A stretch of DNA of 64,000 nt from an uncultured Spirochaetota bacterium (GTDB taxonomy: Bacteria; Spirochaetota; Spirochaetia; SZUA-6; Fen-1364), in contig CAVUXE010000035.1 of NCBI GenBank assembly GCA_963745235.1, forward strand, positions 278,752-342,751. Direction: 5' to 3'. The notes below the pieces were generated by a model that saw nothing but the letters and a program-made list of their open reading frames with translations, ran no database searches and had not been told where the DNA came from. The translations under genes and the position numbers were made by a program. Positions 22,797 through 33,115 of the stretch are shown piece by piece. Position 1 is the stretch's first letter. Each line of letters begins with the position of its first letter.

Positions 22797-23547
22797 ATGC
22801 TTAAGAGAGTTATGGCTTTGGGCGTGCTGCTTGTTGCTGTCCTTGCGACGGCCGGCGCACAGCAGGTGATCAAGATCGGCTACTTTGACAACGGCCCCTT
22901 CGTGCTTGGCCAGCCAGGCGGAAAACCTCCGGTTGGAGCGGCCGTCGACTACTGGAACACAATCGTAGCCCCGGCCATGAACGTGAAGGTGGAGTGGGTC
23001 GGGCCAACTCCCATGCTGAGGCTTCTCGGCCAGCTGAAGACCGGCGACCTTGATGCGCTGCTGGTCGTGGGGAAGAATCCTGAAAGAGCGCAGATTTTCC
23101 TTTACCCCGCAGCGCCGTTTGTGCGATTCCAGCCGGGAATTGCTGTCCGGAAAGAAAACCCGCTTGCGGTCATCAAGACGCAGGATGACCTGAGCGGCTT
23201 GAGAGTCGGGACCGCGCAAGGGGCAGTAGTTTCTGATTTCATCAAGACGGCGAAGGTCACGTGGGACAACGTGAGCACAGCGACGTGGATTCAAGACGGT
23301 TTTGCCAAGCTTGCGAACAAGCGCATTGATGCCGTATTCAACCTCACTCTGGACGGTCTGCGGTATGAGGCCTCTCAAACCTACCCCGGCAAGTTCAAGT
23401 TCCTTGCTCTGCCCGGTTCCTCCCGCGGACATCTTTACTGCCTTTTCAAAAACTGACAGAGGCTCCGCCTTCCTGAAGCAGTACGACGCGATCAACGCGA
23501 AAAATGCATCTGCCATGGAGAGGCTGGTCAAAAAATATACAGAGTAA
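22797..23547 (+). CDS. Family 3 (amino-acid type) solute-binding protein; frameshift near 23415
   Basis: Signal peptide; LKTGDLDAL, DDLSGLRVG, LANKRIDAV; C-terminus in the 23302-23547 frame. Confidence 0.8.
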
Positions 23548-23560
23548 GGCTTCCGCGAGC

Positions 23561-23597
23561 GAAAGAGACGGTACTCACGCCCGGTATCGTCTCTTTC
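23561..23597 (+). terminator. Hairpin after the SBP gene, probable terminator
   Basis: GAAAGAGACGGTAC / GTATCGTCTCTTTC stem. Confidence 0.55.
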
Positions 23598-23653
23598 ACA
23601 AAAAACTCTATTCAGTTTGATTTCTAAAATTACTGTGTTATTATTAGCTCAAG

Positions 23654-24286
23654 ATGCTTGGGAAAACGGCGAAGCGCCAAGCAGCACAACCACTGCGCAA
23701 TCTCCCATCGCGCGAACGCATTATCCGTGCAGCAAAAGAGTTGTTTGAAAACAGGGGCTATCATGGCACCGGCTTGAACGAGATCGTTCGCCGAGGCAAG
23801 GCGCCAAAAGGCTCGATCTACTACCATTTTCCCGGGGGGAAAGACGAAATTGCCGCCGAAGCCATTCTCCTCGTGGGGCGTAGCTTTGAAGAGAACAGCC
23901 GCGTCAACCCGGTCGAGAAGCAGACTGCTGCCGACGCGGTACGGACATTTGTCGAGCGGCTGTCTTCCGTCATTATGGAATCCGGCTACCGTTCCGGAGG
24001 CTCCCTGGCGATTGTCGCATCAGAGACTGCGACAACAAACGAGAAGCTGAACAAAGCCTGTCGGAAAGCCTATGACCTTATCAGGGGGACCGTCAGGAAA
24101 AGGCTGCATGATCGCGGCTTCCCGGAAGCCGAGGCCGAGTCGTTGTCAACTGCAATAACGGCAACCGTAGAGGGCGGCATCATTCTGAGTCGAACCTACC
24201 ATTCGCGCAAGCCACTGCTCACCATCGCCAGACTTCTTTGCGAGATGCTGAAGGCGGTGGATCCTGCAACCAAGCGACGTTCCTGA
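23654..24286 (+). CDS. TetR-family regulator (LmrA/YxaF-like)
   Basis: GYHGTGLNEI...APKGSIYYHFPGGKDE. Confidence 0.9.
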   Translation: MLGKTAKRQAAQPLRNLPSRERIIRAAKELFENRGYHGTGLNEIVRRGKAPKGSIYYHFPGGKDEIAAEAILLVGRSFEENSRVNPVEKQTAADAVRTFVERLSSVIMESGYRSGGSLAIVASETATTNEKLNKACRKAYDLIRGTVRKRLHDRGFPEAEAESLSTAITATVEGGIILSRTYHSRKPLLTIARLLCEMLKAVDPATKRRS

Positions 24287-24329
24287 GAAGGTGAGGGCGA
24301 TCCATCCAGCCTCGCGCTCTCCTCCCGCA

Positions 24330-24707
24330 TCATTTTCGCGCCTGCAGTGGCATGGGGAACATTTCCTGGATCTCGGAATCCGCAATGAACCCGGGGCCCA
24401 GGATCTTCAGGTGGATCTCCATGAATCGCCGGCCCAGCTCGATGGCTTCCTCGCGGGACTCTACCTCGATTATCGCGTAGCCGCCGACAAGTTCCTTCGT
24501 TTCGGGGAAGGGACCGTCGGTCACGGTCAACTTCCCACCAGAAGCCGTGATCCTCGAGATCCTGGCGCTGGAGGCCATCCCTCCGGTCTGTACCAGCTTG
24601 CCAGCCTTGATCATTTCGTCAGTGAGCCTTCCGATTGCGCTCATAAGCTCGGGGCTGGGTTCGAATGCCTTGTTCGCATCCATGAGCATCTTCATCATGA
24701 ACTGCAT
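24330..24707 (-). CDS. YciI/DGPF-family protein
   Basis: VTDGPFPETKELVGGY motif; SD GAGGAGG before ATG 24707. Confidence 0.9.
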   Translation of the reverse strand: MQFMMKMLMDANKAFEPSPELMSAIGRLTDEMIKAGKLVQTGGMASSARISRITASGGKLTVTDGPFPETKELVGGYAIIEVESREEAIELGRRFMEIHLKILGPGFIADSEIQEMFPMPLQARK

Positions 24708-24733
24708 CTCTTTTCCCTCCTCCTCGGAACGTA

Positions 24734-24760
24734 GTCGCGCGGAAAGGCGCCAAATCGACA
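24734..24760 (-). promoter_or_regulatory. ECF42-type promoter of the DGPF gene
   Basis: Minus strand TGTCGA-17 nt-CGAC; ECF42 sigma factors are known to target DGPF genes via TGTCGA/CG(A/T)C. Confidence 0.5.
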
Positions 24761-24847
24761 TTGCAATGAGCTACTGTCCTGGTTGTTCTGGGCCAGGTGT
24801 GCAAATATGACTCCAGGGGACATCGCGTTCCATGTGAGGGGTCTGCA

Positions 24848-26290
24848 GTGGGTGAAACCAGGAAGCTCGTAATCAGGAACGTCGGGGCCATCGTGACATG
24901 CGACGCTGCGAACAGGGTTGTGCGCGGCGCGGATATCCTGGTCGAAGGCCCTGCGATAGCCCGCATCGAGAGTGGCATCGATCCCTCCGGGGCGTCGATC
25001 CTTGACGCTCGAGGCGCATTCATATACCCGGGCCTCATCAACACGCATCATCACTTCTTCCAGACGTTCGTGCGCAACCTGGTGTCAGTAGATTATCCCA
25101 ACCTCTCGGTCCTCGAGTGGATTGCGAAAATATACGAGATCTTCACGCTCATCGATTCCGACGCGATCTACTATTCATCTCTCATAGCCATGGCTGATCT
25201 CGTCAAGCATGGGTGCACGTGCGCCTTCGACCACCAGTACTGCTTCCCCCGTGCCGCTGGCAAGAGGCTGGTTGATCGGCAGATGGAAGCGGCAAGGCTC
25301 ATCGGAATCCGTTACCACGCGGGTCGTGGCGCGAATACTCTCCCCAGGGCAGAGGGGAGCACGATCCCGGACGAGATGGTGGAGTCGACTGACGAGTTTC
25401 TCGACGACTGCGACCGACTCATACGCGAATACCACGACGGGTCGCGTTTTTCCATGCGCCAGATCGCGGTTTCTCCGTGCCAGCCCATCAATTGCCGCCG
25501 GGAGACCTTTGTCGAATCCGTGGCCTTCGCGCGGTCGCGGGGCGTCAGGCTCCACACCCATCTGGGCGAAGGTGAGAATGGCCCCATGGAAGCTCGCTGG
25601 GGAAAACGCACCCTCGCATGGTGCAGCGAGATCGGCTTTGTCGGGCCCGACGTCTGGTTTGCTCATGGATGGGAGCTGAAACCGGAAGAGCTCCCCGTGA
25701 TGGCTTCTACAGGGACGGGGCTCTCGCACTGCCCCGCCCCCGCAGTGCTTGGCGGCTTCCCCATCATCAACATGCCTGCAATGCTGCGCGCGGGAATACG
25801 GCTGGGCCTCGGCTGCGACGGTTCTTCAACGAACGACGGCTCGAGCCTGCTCGACAGCCTGCGCGTAGCGTATCTCATGCAGGCGTATCACAGCAAGGAA
25901 CGCGGGGGTTGCCCCAGTCCCTACGAAATGCTGAAGATAGCGACCGTTGGCGGCGCGCATCTCCTGGGCCGGGACGACGTGGGTTCCCTGGAGCCGGGCA
26001 AGGCCGCGGACCTCTTCATGATCGACGCCGGGAAACTCGAGCTGGCGGGAGCGACGCATGATCCGGCCAACCTCCTGGCACGAGCAGGCGTGACAGGCCC
26101 CGTGGCCCTCACGATGGTGAACGGGAAAGTCGTATACTCCGAGGGCAGGATCACAGGCGTCGACGAGGAGCAGTTGGCGGCAGAGGCGGACCGCGCATGC
26201 ACGCGCACAATCCGATCTCAGCTCACGATCCCGCCCGTCATTGATTTTTCGAGCTTGCAGAAAATCTTCTCCGGCCAGGCGAGAAGGTAG
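24848..26290 (+). CDS. Amidohydrolase-family deaminase (8-oxoguanine deaminase/AtzB-like)
   Basis: PGLINTHHH, HTHLGE, WFAHG, LGCDGSSTND, GSLEPGKAADL. Confidence 0.88.
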   Translation: MGETRKLVIRNVGAIVTCDAANRVVRGADILVEGPAIARIESGIDPSGASILDARGAFIYPGLINTHHHFFQTFVRNLVSVDYPNLSVLEWIAKIYEIFTLIDSDAIYYSSLIAMADLVKHGCTCAFDHQYCFPRAAGKRLVDRQMEAARLIGIRYHAGRGANTLPRAEGSTIPDEMVESTDEFLDDCDRLIREYHDGSRFSMRQIAVSPCQPINCRRETFVESVAFARSRGVRLHTHLGEGENGPMEARWGKRTLAWCSEIGFVGPDVWFAHGWELKPEELPVMASTGTGLSHCPAPAVLGGFPIINMPAMLRAGIRLGLGCDGSSTNDGSSLLDSLRVAYLMQAYHSKERGGCPSPYEMLKIATVGGAHLLGRDDVGSLEPGKAADLFMIDAGKLELAGATHDPANLLARAGVTGPVALTMVNGKVVYSEGRITGVDEEQLAAEADRACTRTIRSQLTIPPVIDFSSLQKIFSGQARR

Positions 26291-26622
26291 CAGGTGTTGA
26301 CGATGGAAGGAAAGAGCCCTTGTGCCGTGAAGTCGCCGATGGTGGACTGTTTGACTCTGTAATAGCATCCTGCGCTACGACGGCCCTGAACCTCCCTCAG
26401 CTTCTCAAGGCACAGGTGGTAGCCGGGAAACGCTTCGGCGGAGAAGGAAAACAGGTAAACGACTGAGCGATCCGCCTCGTCAAATCCGAGCAAACGGCAT
26501 GCCCCGCTCAGGATATGTCGTAGACCATGCAGGATGATCCGGTCGTGCGTACCGCTGAGCTTGTACTGCCAGAGTCCGTGCGCGTTGCCGACCTTCACGC
26601 TGACCACGTATACCCGGGACAT
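26218..26622 (-). CDS. Hypothetical protein
   Basis: 134 aa ORF with SD AGGAGG, downstream of lacI. Confidence 0.5.
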   Translation of the reverse strand: MSRVYVVSVKVGNAHGLWQYKLSGTHDRIILHGLRHILSGACRLLGFDEADRSVVYLFSFSAEAFPGYHLCLEKLREVQGRRSAGCYYRVKQSTIGDFTAQGLFPSIVNTCYLLAWPEKIFCKLEKSMTGGIVS

Positions 26623-26669
26623 CCCGCAACCCTCCTGGCCTGCCTATGTCGACCCACCAGGCTCCGGTG

Positions 26670-27698
26670 TCATGTCATCTTCCGGCAGGATCCTCGGTCC
26701 ACCAGTTGCTGCTTCACCTTCAGCACGTGGATGTCCTCCGGGTGGCGGCGCAGCCTGTTCACGATGAGATCCGCCGAAATCTGCCCCATCAGCGCAGTGT
26801 TGATCTTCATTGTAGTGATCTGCGGCACAAATGGCTCGCCATAGTCCAGCACGTCACCCGGAGCGATGATTGACACGTCACCGGGTACCTGCATGCCCAA
26901 CGCCGAGAGCTCCGCAATCACGCGGGCCGCGAAATAATCGTCATGCGCAAAGAGGGCCGTAGGCTTGTTGGGAAGGGAAAACAACCTGCGCAGACCGGCT
27001 CGCAGCAGCTCCCGGTCATGGAGGTCGGTTGTCAGCCGGAGGTCAGGGCTGAAGGGAACGGCAAACTCCTCCACCGCCTTTCGAAACCCGAAGAACCGGT
27101 CCACGACCACAGCCGGAAGCTCGGGCCGGGGATAATCGATGTATCCGATGGAGGTGTGCCCGAGCCGCAGCAGGTGCAGACATCCCTCGTAGGCTCCCTG
27201 GAAATCATCCACACACACGGAATACAGCGTGTCCTGGTAATTGTTGTTCATCACGACGACAACCGGGATCCCCATCTCCTCCAGATTGCGGAAAAGCTTT
27301 TCATTGCCGTAGTGGATGGAGAAGACGGCCTTGGCCTCATTCGCCAATACCTTGGCGACCATGTCTTCCGCATCCGAGGAATAGAAAGTCGGAAGCAGGA
27401 CAGGATAGAAGCCCTCACGGATCAGGCTTCGCTCGATCTCCACGATGATGGGGCGGACGAAGTAGAAAATGTGAGCCCACGTGTCATCAACGGGCAGCAG
27501 GATCGTCACGGTGCCCGGGGCCTGGGATGGGACCGGCGAACGGCGCTCCCGTCTTTGGTACCCGATCTTCTGCGCAGCCTGCGCGACCCTTTCCCGGACG
27601 GCAGCAGAGATCTTTCCCTTTCCTGACAGGGCGAGAGATGCGGTTGTAAGAGAAACCTTTGCCTCTTGGGCCACGTTCTGCAATTTTGGTCTTGGCAT
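26670..27698 (-). CDS. LacI-family regulator
   Basis: LQNVAQEAKVSLTTASLALSG HTH; VPGDVSII, PQITT. Confidence 0.92.
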   Translation of the reverse strand: MPRPKLQNVAQEAKVSLTTASLALSGKGKISAAVRERVAQAAQKIGYQRRERRSPVPSQAPGTVTILLPVDDTWAHIFYFVRPIIVEIERSLIREGFYPVLLPTFYSSDAEDMVAKVLANEAKAVFSIHYGNEKLFRNLEEMGIPVVVVMNNNYQDTLYSVCVDDFQGAYEGCLHLLRLGHTSIGYIDYPRPELPAVVVDRFFGFRKAVEEFAVPFSPDLRLTTDLHDRELLRAGLRRLFSLPNKPTALFAHDDYFAARVIAELSALGMQVPGDVSIIAPGDVLDYGEPFVPQITTMKINTALMGQISADLIVNRLRRHPEDIHVLKVKQQLVDRGSCRKMT

Positions 27699-27711
27699 AT
27701 TCTCACTTGTT

Positions 27712-27873
27712 AGTGAAATTCACTTGACAGCCCTTATCTAATCAGCATTTTTTCCGCCTGTCAACGAACGAAATTCAAGGAAATCGTATTTTTATCGTGA
27801 TTTTTTTCTTGACATCAGGTTGAATAGGGATAAAATGTGGTCCCACTGATTCATCTTTCAGTAAAATTTCACT
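27712..27873. promoter_or_regulatory. Divergent promoter region with two candidate LacI operators
   Basis: AGTGAAATTCACT (27712-27724) and AGTAAAATTTCACT (27860-27873); TTGACA-16-TAAAAT at 27809-27836. Confidence 0.6.
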
Positions 27874-27892
27874 TGTATCTGGAGGGGGGCGC

Positions 27893-28216
27893 GTGTCCAG
27901 GCATGGCCAGGTAATTCGTCTGAAACCAGGAAAGCTCGAGGAGTACCGGAAGTACCACGCCAAGGCATGGCTGGGCGTCCTCGACATGATCACGAAGTGC
28001 AATATCCACAACTATTCCATCTTCTACAGGGATGGCTTCCTGTACGCGTATTTCGAGTACACGGGAAAGGATTTTTCAGCCGACATGGCAAGAATGGCCG
28101 CCGATCCGGAAACACAGAGGTGGTGGGCAATAATGAACCCCATGCAGGAGCCTGTGGAAACCCGAGCAAAGGGTGAGTGGTGGGCCGAGATGGATGAAGT
28201 CTTCCACCTGGACTGA
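27893..28216 (+). CDS. L-rhamnose mutarotase family protein
   Basis: EEYRKYH..W, IHNYSIF, TQRWW, MDEVFHLD. Confidence 0.88.
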   Translation: MSRHGQVIRLKPGKLEEYRKYHAKAWLGVLDMITKCNIHNYSIFYRDGFLYAYFEYTGKDFSADMARMAADPETQRWWAIMNPMQEPVETRAKGEWWAEMDEVFHLD

Positions 28217-28224
28217 GAAAGCGC

Positions 28225-29484
28225 ATGAGAATGACTCCTCGAGAGAGAGTGCTTGCCAGCATGGATCACCGGGAGCCGGACGGGGTGCCGGTGGACCTCG
28301 GCGCCACGCCGAGCTCCGGCATCTCTGTCATCGCCTACGGCCGGCTTGCCAGCCTCCTGGGCGTGCGCAACGGGCACAGCAGGATCTACGATGTTGTCCA
28401 GCAGTTGGCCCAGCCCGAGGAGACTGTCATAGAGAGGCTCGGCGTGGACGTGCTGGACATAGGACGTACCTTCAATGCCAGTGATGATGACTGGCAGCCC
28501 ACCCGGCTTTCCGACGGGAGCGCGGCGGAATATCCGCGGTGGTTCAATCCACAGCCGGGGCCGGAGGGGAGCTTCACTGTAAACGACCCGGACGGGACGC
28601 GGATAGCCTCCATGCCGGCGGGAGCGACTTTTTTCGATCAGACCTGCTTTCCCTACGAGGCTGGCTACCCCGCGGATTACCGTGACCTGCCCAAAGCCAT
28701 GGCGAAGGTGCACTGGTCAGCCCTTGCGCACAGCCCGTGGGACCACGCGGGAGAGAGGGACTTCTGGAGCCGGCTGAGAGAAAATGCCCTCACGCTTCGG
28801 CGGGGCAGCAACCGGGCGCTGATGATCGTTTGCGGCTGCAACCTGTTCGAGTGGGGCACGTTCCTGCGCCGGCTGGACAACTTCCTGATGGACCTCTATA
28901 CCGAGCAGGGAGAAGTCGAGAGGCTCCTGGACGCCCTCATGGAAGTACATCTTTCAACGCTCGACAAGGTATGCTCTGCCGTTGGGGACGTGGCGGATGT
29001 GCTTCGGTTTGGAGATGACCTGGGTTTCGATGCCGGACCCTTCATGGCGCCGGATATCTACCGCAAGCTTTTCAAACCCAGGCATGCCGCGTTGTGCGCT
29101 TACGTGAGGAAGCACAGCCGCATGCGCACGTTCCTCCACTCCTGCGGTGGGATCGCCCCGCTTATCCCGGACCTGATCGATGCCGGCTTCGAGGCGCTCA
29201 ACCCCGTCCAGACGAGCGCGCAGGGCATGGACCCCGTGGTCCTGAAGCGGGAGTTCGGCCATGATATCACATTCTGGGGCGGCGGCGCAGACACCCGGAG
29301 AATGCTCAACTTTGCGACTCCGCAGGAGGTGCGGCGCCATGTCCTGGAGCGACTGGGAATCCTGTCCCCGGGAGGGGGCTTCGTCTTTGCCGCGGTCCAC
29401 AACATCATGCCCGACGTGCCTGCCGTGAACGCAGCCGCGATGTTCGAAGCGGTGGCAGAGTTCAACGGCGTCCGGGTATCCTGA
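28225..29484 (+). CDS. Uroporphyrinogen decarboxylase / MtaA-CmuA methyltransferase family protein
   Basis: MTPRERVL..HREPD, GDDLG, HSCG, LNPVQ, GGGFVFAAVHNI. Confidence 0.85.
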   Translation: MRMTPRERVLASMDHREPDGVPVDLGATPSSGISVIAYGRLASLLGVRNGHSRIYDVVQQLAQPEETVIERLGVDVLDIGRTFNASDDDWQPTRLSDGSAAEYPRWFNPQPGPEGSFTVNDPDGTRIASMPAGATFFDQTCFPYEAGYPADYRDLPKAMAKVHWSALAHSPWDHAGERDFWSRLRENALTLRRGSNRALMIVCGCNLFEWGTFLRRLDNFLMDLYTEQGEVERLLDALMEVHLSTLDKVCSAVGDVADVLRFGDDLGFDAGPFMAPDIYRKLFKPRHAALCAYVRKHSRMRTFLHSCGGIAPLIPDLIDAGFEALNPVQTSAQGMDPVVLKREFGHDITFWGGGADTRRMLNFATPQEVRRHVLERLGILSPGGGFVFAAVHNIMPDVPAVNAAAMFEAVAEFNGVRVS

Positions 29485-29496
29485 AAGGAGCGTCTC

Positions 29497-30491
29497 GTGG
29501 AGTTGACGACGCGCCCGGCGCCCGGTCGGAGAAACATCTTCCGCTCTTTCCTTCGTCGCACGGATGCGAGTGCAATCATCGCGACGGTTGTCCTTTTTGT
29601 CGTGTTTTCCAGCGCAACGGAGAACTTCTTTACCCCGTTCAACCAGTTCAACGTCTGGCGAGCCGCCTCGCAGAACGTGTTCATCGCGCTCGGCCAGGCC
29701 ATGGTGGTCCTCATCGGGGGCATGAACCTTTCCCTCGGGGCAATCGGCGGCCTCACCGTGGTCATCCTGGGTCACTCCATCGAGATCCTTGGTTTTCCCG
29801 TCTGGGTGGCGGTGATCCTTGCGCTCCTGGCCGGCGTAGGCTGCGGGGTTGTCAACGGCTTTTTCATCAGCCGGTTCAAGCTGAACTCTTTCGTCGTCAC
29901 CCTGGCCACGAGCTTCATTTTCCAGGGCCTTGTGAACGGCATCTCCCAGGGCAGGCCGTACTCCAAGATTCCCGCGCAGTTCACCCTGCTGGGGAAGGGG
30001 GACATCCTGGGAATCCCCAACATGGTGTTCCTTATGGCGGCCGCTCTCTTTGTCGTGTTTTTCGCCTTCCGCTACACGGTGATCGGCCGGCGCCTCCTGG
30101 CGGTGGGAGGGAACGTGGAGGCCGCGCGTCTTTCGGGGATCAAGACGGGCGGATGATCATGCTCGCAAACGTCCTGTCCGGGGTCTGCGCTTCCGTTGCG
30201 GCAATCCTGTGGGTCTCCCGCATGGGAACGGCCCAGCCGGCAACCGGTGGGGACTGGCTCATCGTGTCTTTTGCCGTGACGGTGATCGGGGGAACCGCCC
30301 TTTCCGGCGGCACCATCAGCGCTTTGGGCTTCCTGTTCTCCGGGCTGCTCATGGCGCTCATCAGGAACGGCCTGATCATGATCGGTGTGAACGTCTATTT
30401 CGAGGCGACATTCCTCGGGGTCATCATCCTGCTTGCCGTGATGGTGGAGTACTTCCGGCTGGGCGTTTCCAGCCGGGCAAAGAAGCTGTGA
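29497..30491 (+). CDS. Sugar ABC permease (RbsC family); frameshift near 30150
   Basis: GGMNLSLG, AVGGNVEAARLSGI, then VIGGTALSGG in the second frame. Confidence 0.88.
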
Positions 30492-30550
30492 GAGGGTGGG
30501 ACCGTTGGTTCCGCTGTTACTTTTTTCCAGAGGTGAGAGGAGGGCTTGAG

Positions 30551-31535
30551 ATGAAAAAGATTCTGGGAGTCGTGGTGGCGCTGGTTTTCGTGGCGGCTTT
30601 CGTCGGCGCGGCGCCGGCGAAGTTCGTGTGGTACATCCCAGCTCCGCATCCGTACTTCGACACGGTGAAGGTCGGCGTCGAGGCGTTCGCGAAGGACTAC
30701 AACATCGCAGTCAAGGAGCAGGTGGGTCCGGACTGGAACATGGACAGCGAGAACACCGGCGTGCTGGCGCTCGCAGCCGAAGGATACAACTTCTTCTCTG
30801 TCTATCCATCCGACGCCAGCGCGGCGAACGGGCTGTATGACGAGGTGGTGAAGAGAGGCGGGAAGGTCGTCAACTTCGGCGCTTCCACCTTCGAGCCCAC
30901 GCCGGCGAGCTTCGCCGTCCGCACCGACGTCAAGGACGCGGCAATGGTGGCGGCAGAGTTCCTGATCGGCAAGATGGGCAAGAAGGGCACCCTGGTGGAC
31001 GTGCTGGAGGTCCTGGAAGACCCCAACACCAAGCTGCGCAAGGAAGGCATTCGAGCAGGTTGCGGCGAAGTACCCCGACATCAAGATCGTTGAAGTGGCG
31101 GGGATCAAGAGCGAGCAGGAAGCGGTAGAGAAGATCGAAGCGGCCATCGCGGGCGCGGGCGGCTTTGTTGACGGCATCATCTGCACCGGCTACGTTCCGA
31201 CCGTTGCCCTGTCCAAGATCCTCACGAACTACGAGACCAAGTACAAGAAACACATCCGCGGCGTGGGCATCGACACGGACCCCGTGACCATGAAAGCTAT
31301 TGAAGACGGGTACCTGGAAGGGACCATCTCCCAGAACCCGTACGGCCACGGCTACCTGTCACTCCTGGCTCTCAAGTACATGTCCGAGGGATGGAAGCCC
31401 CGGCCGGGCGCTTACAACATCAACGCCGGCATCGTGATGGTTACCAAAGCAAACCTGACCACATACAACAACGATCTGACCAAGGTCACCAACCAGATCA
31501 AGGCCGACATGACCAAGAAGTACCTGACAAAGTAG
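30551..31535 (+). CDS. Sugar-binding periplasmic protein; frameshift near 31051
   Basis: Signal peptide MKKILGVVVAL; HPYF, GIDTD, SQNPYGHGY. Confidence 0.88.
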
Positions 31536-31609
31536 GCAGGTACCGGGACACGCAGAACGGGCTTCCGGCCACGCGCCGGAGGCCCTCTTTCGTGAAAGGG
31601 TGAGACGCA

Positions 31610-33115
31610 ATGCTCGAAGTGCGGTCGGTCAGCAAGAGCTTTCCCGGCGTGAAGGCGCTGGACGGGGTGAGTGTCTCCTTTGCTCCCGGCACCATCCACG
31701 CTCTCCTGGGTGAGAACGGCGCCGGCAAGAGCACGCTGATGAAGATCATCTGCGGCATCTACGGCCCCGACGAGGGGGAGATGCTGATGGAGGGCCGGCG
31801 CCTCCAGCTTCGCGACACCTTCGAGGCGCTCAAGCACAGGATCAGCATCGTCCACCAGGAGATCCAGGTGGTCCCCCGCGCTTCCATCGCGGAGAACGTC
31901 ATGCTGGACAAGCTGGACCGGTACCGCCGCGGGCTTGCCATCGACTGGAAGAGGCTCAATCGGGACGCCGCGGAGTTCATGGCCATGGTGGACCTTACCC
32001 TGCCTCCGGAAACTCCCGTGGCCGAGCTGAGCGCTGCCCAGAAGCAGCTCGCCCAGATTGCGCGCGCTCTTTCCGACGGAGCCGTCGTGCTCCTCCTGGA
32101 TGAGCCCACGTCGTCCCTCACCTTGCACGAGGCGGACCGCTTGTTCGAGCTGCTGCGAAAGCTCAAGGGGCAGGGGGTCACCATCGTATTCGTGTCTCAC
32201 AAGCTGGAAGAGGTCATGGCCTTGTGCGACGTGGTCACCGTGCTGCGCGACGGGAAGTTGATCGGCACGCGGCCGCGCTCCGAGTTGACACGGGAACAGA
32301 TCATCACGATGATGATCGGCCGCAGCACCATCGAGAGGTGGCGCGGGCTCCTGCCCGCGAACAGGGAGAAGCCGGTGCTGGAGGTGCGGGACCTGAAGAG
32401 CGGCCTGTTCAAAGGCCTGAGCCTGACCCTGTACGAGGGTGAGATCCTTGGCCTGTATGGCCTGGTGGGCTCCGGGCGCACCGAGCTGGCCAAGACCATA
32501 ATCGGGGAGTATCGCTCGGAGCCGGGAGCCATCTTCGTCAAGGGACGGAAGGCACGGATAGATTCCATGGCGGACAGCCTGCATCGCTACCACATCGGCT
32601 ATGTGAGCGAGAACCGGAAGGAAGAGGGCCTGATCCTGAGCGCATCGGTGACGACCAACCTCACCATCACTGTCTGGAATCGCCTTCGGAGCAGGGTGTT
32701 GCGGATCCTCAGGCCGGCGCGGGAGATGGACCAGGCGGAGAAGACAATCCGGGGACTGGACATAAAGACGCCCCATGCCTCCCAGACGGTGAACAACCTC
32801 TCCGGCGGGAACCAGCAGAAAGTGTCCATTGGCAAGTGGCTCGTTGCGGACTGCGATATCCTGATCGTTGACGAGCCCACTGTCGGGGTGGACGTCGGCG
32901 CGAAGGAATACATCCACGACCTCATCTGGAAGATGGCAAAGGAGGAGGGGAAGAGCATCATCCTGATCTCCTCCGACATGCCGGAGCTGGTGCAGCTGTC
33001 ACGACGCATCCTGGTTTTCAAGAACTACGCCGTTGTCGGGGAGCTGGACGACCTGAATGAGAGCGAGCGATCCCTGGACGAGACCAGCATGAGAATCGGC
33101 AGGTACCTTGCCTGA
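31610..33115 (+). CDS. Sugar ABC ATP-binding protein (RbsA/MglA family)
   Basis: [37 protein letters not shown]. Confidence 0.95.
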   Translation: MLEVRSVSKSFPGVKALDGVSVSFAPGTIHALLGENGAGKSTLMKIICGIYGPDEGEMLMEGRRLQLRDTFEALKHRISIVHQEIQVVPRASIAENVMLDKLDRYRRGLAIDWKRLNRDAAEFMAMVDLTLPPETPVAELSAAQKQLAQIARALSDGAVVLLLDEPTSSLTLHEADRLFELLRKLKGQGVTIVFVSHKLEEVMALCDVVTVLRDGKLIGTRPRSELTREQIITMMIGRSTIERWRGLLPANREKPVLEVRDLKSGLFKGLSLTLYEGEILGLYGLVGSGRTELAKTIIGEYRSEPGAIFVKGRKARIDSMADSLHRYHIGYVSENRKEEGLILSASVTTNLTITVWNRLRSRVLRILRPAREMDQAEKTIRGLDIKTPHASQTVNNLSGGNQQKVSIGKWLVADCDILIVDEPTVGVDVGAKEYIHDLIWKMAKEEGKSIILISSDMPELVQLSRRILVFKNYAVVGELDDLNESERSLDETSMRIGRYLA

